Positions 15,556 to 24,133 of a stretch of DNA of 25,124 bases are shown here, one piece after another. A program made the position numbers and the translations under genes. The notes under the pieces were generated by a model, which had not been told where the DNA came from, ran no database searches, and was given only the letters and a program-made list of their open reading frames with translations. The stretch's first letter is position 1. Each line of letters starts with the position of its first letter. Location of the stretch: assembly GCA_965369865.1 (NCBI GenBank), contig CBDURU010000044.1:1-25124 (forward strand). Reading direction: 5' to 3'. The DNA is from an uncultured bacterium (GTDB taxonomy: Bacteria; JAJVIF01; JAPKYR01).

Positions 15556-16542
15556 GTGCCAGGAACCAGTGAAAAAATTGATAAACTTCAAGAAAGGCTT
15601 GATGAGAGCGGTTTCCCCGGGAAGATCACGCGGGATGTTCCGATGGCTCCAATGACCTGGTACAAGGTCGGCGGGAACGCATCAGTTTTGATCGAAGCGG
15701 ACAATATTGAAAACCTTATCGATTTGAAACTCATTCTGGACGAACTCTCCATGCCCTGGATGCTTATCGGCGGTGGCGCGAACCTATTGGTTTCGGATGA
15801 CGGATTTGAGGGCGCGATAGTAAAACTCGGCGGGACATTTTCAGAGATGCAGGTCGATGTTGATAACACGAAAATATGGTGCGGCAGCGCGGTACCCCTT
15901 CTTAACCTGGTCAGGGAAGGTTCGCAAATTGGAATGACGGGAATCGAAAGGCTGGCCGGGATACCGGGATCGGCCGGCGGTGCGATTTATATGAACGCGG
16001 GGACATTCGGCGAATTTATCGGCGACCTCATCGATTCGGTGGACATTCTCGCGAGCGATAACACGGTGCAGACCCTCGGTGGGGACGAGTGCGAGTTCAC
16101 ATACCGGACATCAAGGTTTCAGGAATCGGATGAGATCATCCTGGGGTGCCTGGTTATTTCGGACAGGGGGAATCCCGGTGAAATTACAGCGGAAATTGAA
16201 AAGCGGATAACTCGCCGCAAAGAGACGCAGCCGATTGAGATCCCGAGTTGCGGATGCGTGTTCCGGAATCCGGAAGGGGAAAAATCGGCGGGATTTTTAA
16301 TACAGGAAGCGGGGCTTATGGGAACAACAGAAGGCGGCGCCGTAATCAGCGATAAGCATGCAAACTTTATTGTTAACACCGGAAACGCAAGCGCGTCCGA
16401 CATTCTTCATCTCATGGCGCTTGCGCGAGTAACGGTCCGCGAAAAATACGGCGTAACCCTTAAGCCGGAAGTCGAGCTGGTCGGCTGCGACGACTCACTG
16501 GAGGTGCTCCTCGATGCGTGGAATAAAAAAGAAAAAACATAA
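15556..16542 (+). CDS. murB: UDP-N-acetylenolpyruvoylglucosamine reductase
   Basis: TWYKVGG, IGGGANLL, GIPGSAGGAIYMNAG, FTYRTS, QPIEIPSCGCVFRNP, KHANFIVN, LKPEV; GTG start. Confidence 0.96.
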   Translation: MPGTSEKIDKLQERLDESGFPGKITRDVPMAPMTWYKVGGNASVLIEADNIENLIDLKLILDELSMPWMLIGGGANLLVSDDGFEGAIVKLGGTFSEMQVDVDNTKIWCGSAVPLLNLVREGSQIGMTGIERLAGIPGSAGGAIYMNAGTFGEFIGDLIDSVDILASDNTVQTLGGDECEFTYRTSRFQESDEIILGCLVISDRGNPGEITAEIEKRITRRKETQPIEIPSCGCVFRNPEGEKSAGFLIQEAGLMGTTEGGAVISDKHANFIVNTGNASASDILHLMALARVTVREKYGVTLKPEVELVGCDDSLEVLLDAWNKKEKT

Positions 16543-16564
16543 ACGCACCGGGTCCGGCCTGACG

Positions 16565-17575
16565 ATGAAACGTACGAGTGACCGAATGGGTAAAGGTCCA
16601 CGGGAAAAATCATCTCAAAGGCCGAAGGGGCGAACGGATGTAATGTTCCGCCTCTTGATTCTCCTTGCATTGTTCGCAACGGGATTCTATGGAATCAACG
16701 CGAAATGGACATGGTTAAGGCATGTTGAGGTCAGCGGCGCGGTAATTTATACGGACGATGAAATAATCGCGCTTGCGGGGCTGGATGAACTCGACGGTTT
16801 ATGGACAATTGCCGTCCCTATGGAAACGATATGCGAATCGCTCGAAAAAAATCCGCTGATCGAACGCGCGGAAATTCTGTACTCAGGCATCAACACTTTT
16901 AAAATAAAAGTGACCGAACGCAGGGGTGTGGCAGCGGTCAATCGCGGCGGTTTCCGGCTGGTCTTCGACAGGACCGGCGAACTGATCGATATTATGGACC
17001 CGGAAGAATTCTGCCCGGTACCGGAAGTCCGCGGCGTACCGCCAGGGCTTTTAAAGTTTGGGGGTAAACCTTTACGCATGCAGGGGGATGCGTGGCGGCT
17101 TCCGGAAAATTCCGCGCCTCCCGACATAATGGAAACACAGTTCGACAGGCTCATACAATTACGGTACTTCCTCGACCGGTATACTCCCGACAGAGATGGA
17201 TTCCTGGACTTGATAATCATGGATGAAGATGGAAATCTGACGGTCGAGTACCAGGATTGTCCACCGGTTCTGCTCGGGGAATTTGACAGTCCGGAAATCC
17301 AGGTCAGAAGGCTGATCGCAGCGCTCAACGATGAATCCCTCATGAATACTGAACGTACACGGGACATAGACCTGTCATCGGTATTGTTCCCATGTTATCA
17401 CGTTAACGATGCTTACCTTACACGAGACGAGCAAAGGCTTATCGATCAACTTGATGAAGAACGGGAAACTGAGGAACGGGCAGGATCGGTTGAAAACGAT
17501 TCCCGGGACGATGCGAATAATGATGAAAGTGGTATTATAGGGGAGCGGATTTTTGACCTCGGAAGCGGTGGGTAA
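16565..17575 (+). CDS. ftsQ: Cell division protein FtsQ/DivIB (POTRA domain); start uncertain
   Basis: Basic N-terminal tail, one TM segment, POTRA-like HVEVSG...LEKNPLIERAEI...IKVTER, C-terminal DIDLS; follows murB. Confidence 0.8.
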   Translation: MKRTSDRMGKGPREKSSQRPKGRTDVMFRLLILLALFATGFYGINAKWTWLRHVEVSGAVIYTDDEIIALAGLDELDGLWTIAVPMETICESLEKNPLIERAEILYSGINTFKIKVTERRGVAAVNRGGFRLVFDRTGELIDIMDPEEFCPVPEVRGVPPGLLKFGGKPLRMQGDAWRLPENSAPPDIMETQFDRLIQLRYFLDRYTPDRDGFLDLIIMDEDGNLTVEYQDCPPVLLGEFDSPEIQVRRLIAALNDESLMNTERTRDIDLSSVLFPCYHVNDAYLTRDEQRLIDQLDEERETEERAGSVENDSRDDANNDESGIIGERIFDLGSGG

Positions 17576-17579
17576 TGAA

Positions 17580-18338
17580 ATGAAATCCAGTACGAATGGA
17601 AACAGGAAAAAACGGCTTTCCGGAATGACCTTGATACTCAGCCTGGCGCTCGGTGTGATGCTCTCGCTCCCGTTCAAGGTGATTCCCCGAAACTCCGGAG
17701 AACCGCTGCCGTCGGCGAGCAGGCAGGAACTCCTTAATCGCATGTCAAAAATCGAGGAAGAAAACCTCCTCTTGGTAACCGAACTCGAACAGGGCCGCGG
17801 GACGATCGCCTCGCTCGAGGAATCACTGGCGCAGGGAGAGGAAGCGTCACAGGGACTTGCCGATCAGATGTCACGTTACCGGATCCTGGCTGGACTCGAC
17901 CCTGTACAGGGACCGGGAATCAGGCTTACCCTGAGCGAGCATGAGTCGCCGGCAACCCCGGGCGCCGATATCGCGAACTACCTGATACACCAGGAAGACC
18001 TATTAAATATAGTGAATGAATTATGGCTGGCGGGAGCGGAAGCGATCGCGATACGCTCGCGCAACAGGACCGAAAGATTAATAAACACAAGCACCATCCG
18101 CTGCGTGGGAAGCCTAATAGATGTAAACAATACTCGTATGACGCCGCCATTCGACATCTTCGCGATCGGCGACCCGGACGATCTGTACAACGCACTGACA
18201 ATGCCATGGGGAGTCCTTGAACCGCTCGAATATTACAACATCAGCAGTGAGATCGTAAAAATGGACGACATGGTTTTACCGGCATACAGCGGAAGCACAA
18301 TTCTCCAGTACGCACGACAGGTGGAGGAGGTGGAGTAA
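17580..18338 (+). CDS. DUF881 family protein (YlxW/YlxX-like)
   Basis: TM segment plus coiled coil; LAGLDPVQGPGIRLTL, IHQEDLLNIVNELWLAGAEAIAI, IRCVG, PFDIFAIGDP. Confidence 0.9.
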   Translation: MKSSTNGNRKKRLSGMTLILSLALGVMLSLPFKVIPRNSGEPLPSASRQELLNRMSKIEEENLLLVTELEQGRGTIASLEESLAQGEEASQGLADQMSRYRILAGLDPVQGPGIRLTLSEHESPATPGADIANYLIHQEDLLNIVNELWLAGAEAIAIRSRNRTERLINTSTIRCVGSLIDVNNTRMTPPFDIFAIGDPDDLYNALTMPWGVLEPLEYYNISSEIVKMDDMVLPAYSGSTILQYARQVEEVE

Positions 18339-18341
18339 ATT

Positions 18342-18662
18342 ATGTGGGCAATTCCCGTAATGGTAATAATTGGTTTTATAATCGGTTACTTTTTCAATAT
18401 CCCCTTCAACCTGGCAGGCAGCAAATACCTGGCGCTCGGTTTTCTCGCGCTCCTGGACAGTATTTCATATGGACTCGTTCGTGATCTCTCAGGGCAGAAA
18501 GGCAATAACGGTCCGATATTAATCAGGCTTATCATAGGATTGGTTCTGGGTGGTTTCATAATATTCTTCGGTGAGAAAAGCCAGACTGATTTATACTTAG
18601 TTGCATTATTCCCCCTAGCTGTGGGATTTGCGTTAAATATGTACAAGTTTTTGCCGAAATAA
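18342..18662 (+). CDS. sbp: Small basic protein Sbp / DUF1290-like membrane protein
   Basis: 106 aa, multiple TM segments, YLALGFLALLDSISYGL and DLYLVAL; GGAGG RBS; lies between DUF881 and ftsA as in Bacillota. Confidence 0.75.
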   Translation: MWAIPVMVIIGFIIGYFFNIPFNLAGSKYLALGFLALLDSISYGLVRDLSGQKGNNGPILIRLIIGLVLGGFIIFFGEKSQTDLYLVALFPLAVGFALNMYKFLPK

Positions 18663-18686
18663 TATAATGGTTTGTGCATTTTTTAC

Positions 18687-18715
18687 TTGCTAACGCCAAA
18701 TCCCGGGGCTATAAT
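18687..18715 (+). promoter_or_regulatory. Internal sigma70-type promoter for ftsA-ftsZ
   Basis: TTGCTA (18687-18692) - 17 nt - TATAAT (18710-18715). Confidence 0.7.
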
Positions 18716-18775
18716 TCCCCTGTTTCCTAAACATTATTATAAGATCGACTGCGTAAACTTATACAACCTTGCACT

Positions 18776-20020
18776 GTGAACGCATCAGAAACCATAGTTG
18801 GTATCGACGTTGGAACGACGAAAATTTGTACCGTGGTGGCCAATCTCGATTCAAACGACACGCTGACCATCAATGGGATCGGCTGCGTTCCGTCGCGCGG
18901 TGTGCGCAAGGGCAAGGTAATCGACCTCGAACGCACCATCTCGTCAATACATGAATCAAAGCTGCAGGCGGAGACAATCACCAACACCGATATAGTTTCA
19001 GCGTATGTCAATGTCACCGGGGCACACGTCGAGGCGGAGTCGGCGAGTTCGGTAATCGCGATCTCCGATCCGCAGAAGGGAATAACCATCGAGGATACAG
19101 AGAATGTTCTCGAACAGGTGCAGCGTGTGGATATTGCGGACGGCCGCCGGTTGATCGACTTGCAGGTACGGGAATTTACAGTCGACGGACAGGCAGGGAT
19201 AAGCGACCCGGTGGGCATGACGGGAATGCGTTTAGAAGTAAACGTTCTATTGATTACCGCAGATGCAAGGTATCTCGAGAACGTTTACCGCGCGGTGAAT
19301 CATGCCGGTATAGATGTAAATAATATAATTCTGGAACCGATCGCAAGTTCGGAAGCGGTACTCAGTGATGAAGAACGGGAGTCCGGAATCGTGTTACTGG
19401 ATATCGGTGGGGGCAGTACCGATATTGCCGTATACCGCAATGGCGTCCCTTCACATCTGGCGATCTTCCCGGTAGGCGGGGACCATTTCGACAGCGACCT
19501 GGCGTACGGAATTGGAATCAGCACCCGCCAGGCAGAACATATCAAAATCAAGCTTGGCGGCCTCGGTGAGAAATTCAGATCAAGTGAAGACATAATCGAG
19601 ATAACGAAGATGGGCGGAGACCGCAAGGAATCCATTCCGTTAAAGATCATCCCTGAAATCATCTACCCGAGGATGGAAGAAATATTCTCTCTTGTCAGCG
19701 CCAGCCTGGAATCAAGCGGTAACACAAAAAAGCTGGCATCGGGAATGGTTATTACCGGGGGGACCTCGCTCCTGCCGGGAATCACCGAGATGGCAACGGA
19801 GGTTTTCGGAATGGAGGCCAGGATTGGGTATCCGAGGGACATCGGTGGACTAAGCGAAGAATTGAAGAACCCGATATATTCGACGGCTATCGGCCTTGTC
19901 AAGATCGGGGCGATGGAAACACTTGAGAAAGCAAACGGCCGGGTTCCATCAGGAGTAAACAACATTCTTGAAACTGCGGGAACCTGGGGAAAAAATATTT
20001 TAAGATTTATTCTGCACTGA
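18776..20020 (+). CDS. ftsA: Cell division protein FtsA
   Basis: GIDVGTTKI, SRGVRKG, DPVGMTGMRLE, LLDIGGGSTD, VITGGTSLLPG, YSTAIGL, C-terminal amphipathic helix; GTG start. Confidence 0.97.
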   Translation: MNASETIVGIDVGTTKICTVVANLDSNDTLTINGIGCVPSRGVRKGKVIDLERTISSIHESKLQAETITNTDIVSAYVNVTGAHVEAESASSVIAISDPQKGITIEDTENVLEQVQRVDIADGRRLIDLQVREFTVDGQAGISDPVGMTGMRLEVNVLLITADARYLENVYRAVNHAGIDVNNIILEPIASSEAVLSDEERESGIVLLDIGGGSTDIAVYRNGVPSHLAIFPVGGDHFDSDLAYGIGISTRQAEHIKIKLGGLGEKFRSSEDIIEITKMGGDRKESIPLKIIPEIIYPRMEEIFSLVSASLESSGNTKKLASGMVITGGTSLLPGITEMATEVFGMEARIGYPRDIGGLSEELKNPIYSTAIGLVKIGAMETLEKANGRVPSGVNNILETAGTWGKNILRFILH

Positions 20021-20100
20021 GTAAGCTGTAAAAAATCCGAGCAATCGTATGCGGCGAAAAAAGGGTTACATCCTTACAAATCGCAAGACGGGAGAGCCAA

Positions 20101-21294
20101 GTGGCTGAGAACAACAATCTAACGAACCTGAATCCAAACGAGGACGCTGAGAAGGCGAAACGGTTGGAAAGGAAAAAACTTACCCTGCCGTTGAGCCAGG
20201 TTCCGATCGACCTTCGACCGAAGAAGCAACAGCAATCCATTAACCCTGCCCGGATCAAGGTGGTCGGTATCGGCGGCGCGGGAGGAAACGCTGTGCACCG
20301 CATGATGCAGGCCGGTCTGACAGGCGTACAATTTATCATAATAAATACCGACGTCCAGGCGCTCGACCAGCATCCCGCGATGGAGAAGATCCAGATAGGC
20401 GAGAAGGTAACGCGCGGCCTGGGATGCGGAGGCGATCCGGAGGTCGGCCTAAAGGCGGCGAGTGAATCGAAGACAGAGATCGGAGAGGTGCTCGATGGCG
20501 CGGACATGGTTTTCATCACTTGCGGCATGGGTGGAGGGACCGGCACGGGCGGCGCCCCGATTATCGCTGAACTCGCGAAAGAACGCGATTCCCTGACGGT
20601 CGGTGTTGTGACACGTCCGTTCTCATTCGAAGGCGGCAGGCGATCCCAGATTGCCGAAGATGGCATCAACCGTCTCAGGGAAAAACTCGATACGCTTATC
20701 ACGATTCCCAATGACAAACTTACGGAGGTTGTCAGTCCGGAGACGACGTTAATGGAAAGTTTCGAGATCGCGGACGATATTCTCAGGCAGGGAGTCCAGG
20801 GGGTCAGCGACCTTATCACAATTCCAGGGCTTATCAACCTGGACTTCGCGGATGTGAAAGCGATCATGTGGGAGGCCGGAACGGCGTTGATCGGGATCGG
20901 TCAGCAGGCCGGCGAGGGACGCGCTGTAGAAGCCGCACGCCAGGCTATTACATCGCCCCTCCTGGAAACCTCTATCGAGGGCGCAAATGGTGTGCTTATA
21001 AATATTACCGGCGGACCCACCCTTACCCTCAATGAGGTGAAGGCAGCCGCGGATGAGATTTTCAATGTCTCGGACCAGGACGCGAATATTATTTTTGGAG
21101 CCGTGATCGATGAGCGAATGAAGGACTACGTCAGGGTAACCGTGCTCGCCACCGGATTCGATGACATAAGGCCGGAGCCCAAGATTCCCATGCGCGAACG
21201 CATGAGGGATGCCGGGACCGGCGTGAATGATTTGATAGATGAGGAGGAGCTTGATATCCCCGCGTTTCTTCGAAGGGGAAGTTTTTCCGGTTAA
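20101..21294 (+). CDS. ftsZ: Cell division protein FtsZ
   Basis: IKVVGIGGAGGNAV, NTDVQAL, GMGGGTGTG, PFSFEG, NLDFADV, VTVLATG, C-terminal LDIPAFLRR. Confidence 0.99.
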   Translation: MAENNNLTNLNPNEDAEKAKRLERKKLTLPLSQVPIDLRPKKQQQSINPARIKVVGIGGAGGNAVHRMMQAGLTGVQFIIINTDVQALDQHPAMEKIQIGEKVTRGLGCGGDPEVGLKAASESKTEIGEVLDGADMVFITCGMGGGTGTGGAPIIAELAKERDSLTVGVVTRPFSFEGGRRSQIAEDGINRLREKLDTLITIPNDKLTEVVSPETTLMESFEIADDILRQGVQGVSDLITIPGLINLDFADVKAIMWEAGTALIGIGQQAGEGRAVEAARQAITSPLLETSIEGANGVLINITGGPTLTLNEVKAAADEIFNVSDQDANIIFGAVIDERMKDYVRVTVLATGFDDIRPEPKIPMRERMRDAGTGVNDLIDEEELDIPAFLRRGSFSG

Positions 21295-21299
21295 AGGTC

Positions 21300-21329
21300 T
21301 TGCGCTGAAGGTCGATAGAAGCATATAAT
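21300..21329 (+). promoter_or_regulatory. Sigma70-type promoter immediately after the ftsZ stop
   Basis: TTGCGC (21300-21305) - 18 nt - TATAAT (21324-21329). Confidence 0.55.
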
Positions 21330-21335
21330 GTAAAG

Positions 21336-21552
21336 GACTTAATATTTCAATATAGAAACCATGGTTTTTATTACGAGTATTAAGAAACGAAGAGGAATTA
21401 TCATCAAAAAGTAATATATGAGGTCTGCACTGCTACGGGTTTAACGTTGGAGTGCAAAAACCTCAACCGTTGAAGTTATGTACTAAATTTGCCACCCCAC
21501 CCTCTTCCTTCCGACGCGTCCCAGTGAAATTTCCGGGGCGCGTCGCTTTTTC
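21336..21552 (+). ncRNA. Candidate structured small RNA, family unknown
   Basis: Bounded by a promoter and a terminator; hairpins at 21338-21384 and 21419-21465; long-range helix 21389-21395/21501-21507; no ORF longer than 17 codons found. Confidence 0.45.
21512..21552 (+). terminator. Intrinsic terminator
   Basis: CGACGCGTCCC/GGGGCGCGTCG stem (21512-21522/21535-21545, one G-U pair) followed by CTTTTT. Confidence 0.75.
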
Positions 21553-21657
21553 TGCCAATTTCCACTGCTGTCCAAGATAATCTGATTTTGGACAAGGTAT
21601 CCCAAAATCATGTTATCCGAGCGGATGTCTGCACGTTTTGTATGTTATTTTTATTGA

Positions 21658-21742
21658 AGCTGGAAGCTAATGGCACATGAAAAACCCAACAGCAGGATGC
21701 AGTCGGCACTTGCTATCCGATAGCTGGAAGCTAACGGCACAT
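21658..21742. repeat. 21-bp direct repeat pair (AGCTGGAAGCTAAYGGCACAT)
   Basis: 21658-21678 and 21722-21742, one mismatch, 43-bp spacer. Confidence 0.75.
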
Positions 21743-21750
21743 AGGGGGAC

Positions 21751-22551
21751 TTACTTAGAAATTTTCCCTGCTATTATTTTTGCGAGTTCCATGAATATTT
21801 TCGCGGTCTCCGAATCCGGTTCCGCAATAACTATCGGCATACCTTTTTCACTCGATGCGGCAATTGACGGTTCGATTGGAATCCGGGCAAGTGTTTCGAT
21901 AAAGACGCCCTTGGCAACTTCACGTTTCGCATCACCTTCGGGTCTCGGGAATATCTCGGTTGCTTCACCGCAGTTCGGGCAGATGAAAAACGACATGTTC
22001 TCCACAAGTCCGATGATTGGAATATTGACCTTATCGAACATGGTCGTCGCCCGTCGGACATCACGCCAAGCGATGTCCTGTGGTGTTGTAACCATTAAGG
22101 CTCCCCCGGCGATTAACATCTGCGCGAGTGAAATCTGCACGTCACCTGTCCCCGGCGGAAGGTCGACCACGAGCCAGTCAAGACGTCCCCATTTCACTTC
22201 CTCGATAAACTGTTTCAGTACCTTGTGAAGAATCGGGCCGCGCCAGATAAGCGCATCCTCCTCCCTCGTCAGAAATCCGATCGACATAATTTTTATCCCG
22301 TGGCCGACCGGTGGAACCATTTTCTCATTTTCAACTCCCGGGGGGCCGGAGATTCCGAGCATGGGCGGAATCGATGGACCATAGATATCGGCGTCCATTA
22401 TTCCAACCTCCAGGCCATCATGCTTAAACGCCGCCGCCAGGTTGACAGCTATCGTGCTTTTCCCTACCCCGCCTTTCCCGCTCCCAACGAGGAGGACATT
22501 TTTAACATCGATCAAAGATTCGGGCTGTACGATTTCATTTTCTTCAGGCAT
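21751..22551 (-). CDS. mrp: Mrp/ApbC/Nbp35 family P-loop ATPase (Fe-S cluster carrier), short form without the N-terminal DUF59 domain
   Basis: SGKGGVGKST, DADIYGPS, WRGP, DLPPGTGD, VTTPQ, ENMS...CPNC. Confidence 0.95.
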   Translation of the reverse strand: MPEENEIVQPESLIDVKNVLLVGSGKGGVGKSTIAVNLAAAFKHDGLEVGIMDADIYGPSIPPMLGISGPPGVENEKMVPPVGHGIKIMSIGFLTREEDALIWRGPILHKVLKQFIEEVKWGRLDWLVVDLPPGTGDVQISLAQMLIAGGALMVTTPQDIAWRDVRRATTMFDKVNIPIIGLVENMSFFICPNCGEATEIFPRPEGDAKREVAKGVFIETLARIPIEPSIAASSEKGMPIVIAEPDSETAKIFMELAKIIAGKISK

Positions 22552-22590
22552 AATCAATTTTTCCTTTAATCTGAAATTGAAAGGCATACA

Positions 22591-22618
22591 ACTATACAGC
22601 GATATCCCGTGGTTTCAA
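22591..22618 (-). promoter_or_regulatory. Possible sigma70-type promoter for mrp
   Basis: Minus strand TTGAAA (22618-22613) - 16 nt - TATAGT (22596-22591). Confidence 0.45.
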
Positions 22619-22732
22619 GCCCGTTTACAATTTTCAATATCGTCCCTGAATCTAAAACTGGTTTCAGTCACCGGGGAAGCGTCTGTTTCAATATGCGCAA
22701 TCTGTGAGACTTTAGCATAAAGACATCAAACA

Positions 22733-24103
22733 ATGAAAAAACCTGTTCGCATGGCGATCGGTTATGCTATCCTTGAATGGATCGTGATCAGGATCTTCCT
22801 GGAAAAAATTATCTATCCCAACCTGTGGCGATATTTTGTCGTCATCGCTCTTTGTTTCATTTACTCGTTCGGAATTTCCTTTACCGGACCTAAATGGTAC
22901 CGGGCGGACGCCGTGCTGGCATTCAAAAACCGCGAGGTCCAAACGGAGATAAACCTGTCCAGGTTGATGGTCAATCCACTCCCGCTTTTCCTGGAAGAGG
23001 AACCAATCGAGCAGCAATATGATTTAACAAACCTGATATATTCGAGAAACCTTGCCGACAGGGTGATCGGCGATCGGTTCGAAGAGCTTTACGACCCGGA
23101 AGAATACGACAGCATCACGGATTTCTATGAAAAATTCATGCTGCAGCTTGGTTTCAATTACGACGGGGAATTGAATATCATCACACTTTCTTACACCTAC
23201 AAGGATCCCGAGCTTGCGGCACAGTTCTGTAATGATTACGCCCTGGCACTGGAACAATTCATGATCGAGGTGGTCCAGAAACACCGTGCGTCGAGCGTGA
23301 TCCGGAGAAGGCTCGAGGAAGCCCTGGATGAAGCCCGCCTCGCCGAAATAGAGATAGCAGAAATTTCCGGGGAGTACGATGTTCCAAATCTCATCGAAAC
23401 CCCGAAGCACTGGCTGATTTCATATGCCGAAGCTCTCGAGCGAAGTTATTTATCCGAAGCACAGATACAATCCCTCCTGGCGGCACTCGGCCAGCTAAGG
23501 GAAAACCGTAACAGGCGCAACCTCTTGTCAGAACCGCAGGGAGCCCCGGATACGACAATCATCAAGGACATCATCACCACCGGATTGAGATTCCGGCTGG
23601 CGATGATCAATGCGATGATGGATATTTCCGGGGAAAGTTTGACGGAGGACTCATCAGCTTTAGAACAACTCAGGTTGGAATCCGGGTGGATACAGGACTA
23701 TCTCTCGGAGCAGTATTTGATGGGAATCGAGGTTGAGAGCGAAACGGTGCTCCTTGCGCTTGACGAAAACATAGTAAAAAACTATCTCTATCAGGCAAGG
23801 GTTGAAATGACTTACAACCGCCTTATGGAGCTTCCCGGACTGGAAGCGGACATTCGACCTGCGATCAGAAGACACAACCTCGCTAATACGACTGTTTCGA
23901 CTTTGGATAGACTGCTGGCGATGACCGAGGTTGGGGAAGAATACGGCGTGCACCCGATCCAGGTTATCGATCATGCCATGGTTCCGTTAAAACCGATTCA
24001 ACCCGCATGGAATCAACTCCAATACCTTATTCCAACGATGCTCTTTATTTCGACATTGTGGTTTGGTTTCATGCATATTTACATGAATGGTAAAAAGGAA
24101 TAA
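22733..24103 (+). CDS. Wzz/GumC-like polysaccharide co-polymerase (chain-length determinant), no kinase domain
   Basis: N- and C-terminal TM segments; PKWYRADAVL after TM1; IITLSYTYKDPELAAQFCNDYA; long coiled coil; Pro-rich IQVIDHAMVPLKPIQP before TM2. Confidence 0.8.
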   Translation: MKKPVRMAIGYAILEWIVIRIFLEKIIYPNLWRYFVVIALCFIYSFGISFTGPKWYRADAVLAFKNREVQTEINLSRLMVNPLPLFLEEEPIEQQYDLTNLIYSRNLADRVIGDRFEELYDPEEYDSITDFYEKFMLQLGFNYDGELNIITLSYTYKDPELAAQFCNDYALALEQFMIEVVQKHRASSVIRRRLEEALDEARLAEIEIAEISGEYDVPNLIETPKHWLISYAEALERSYLSEAQIQSLLAALGQLRENRNRRNLLSEPQGAPDTTIIKDIITTGLRFRLAMINAMMDISGESLTEDSSALEQLRLESGWIQDYLSEQYLMGIEVESETVLLALDENIVKNYLYQARVEMTYNRLMELPGLEADIRPAIRRHNLANTTVSTLDRLLAMTEVGEEYGVHPIQVIDHAMVPLKPIQPAWNQLQYLIPTMLFISTLWFGFMHIYMNGKKE

Positions 24104-24133
24104 TTTAAAATACAGCCAAAAGGCGGTGGAAGC

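Noticed and set aside
21658..21742. Mini-CRISPR (21-bp repeat, 43-bp spacer)
   Set aside because: Only two short non-palindromic repeats built from 7-mers, with no cas context
21751..22551. BY-kinase (CapB/Wzc-like) partner for the adjacent co-polymerase
   Set aside because: It has Mrp/ApbC signature motifs and a CxxC, and no C-terminal tyrosine cluster
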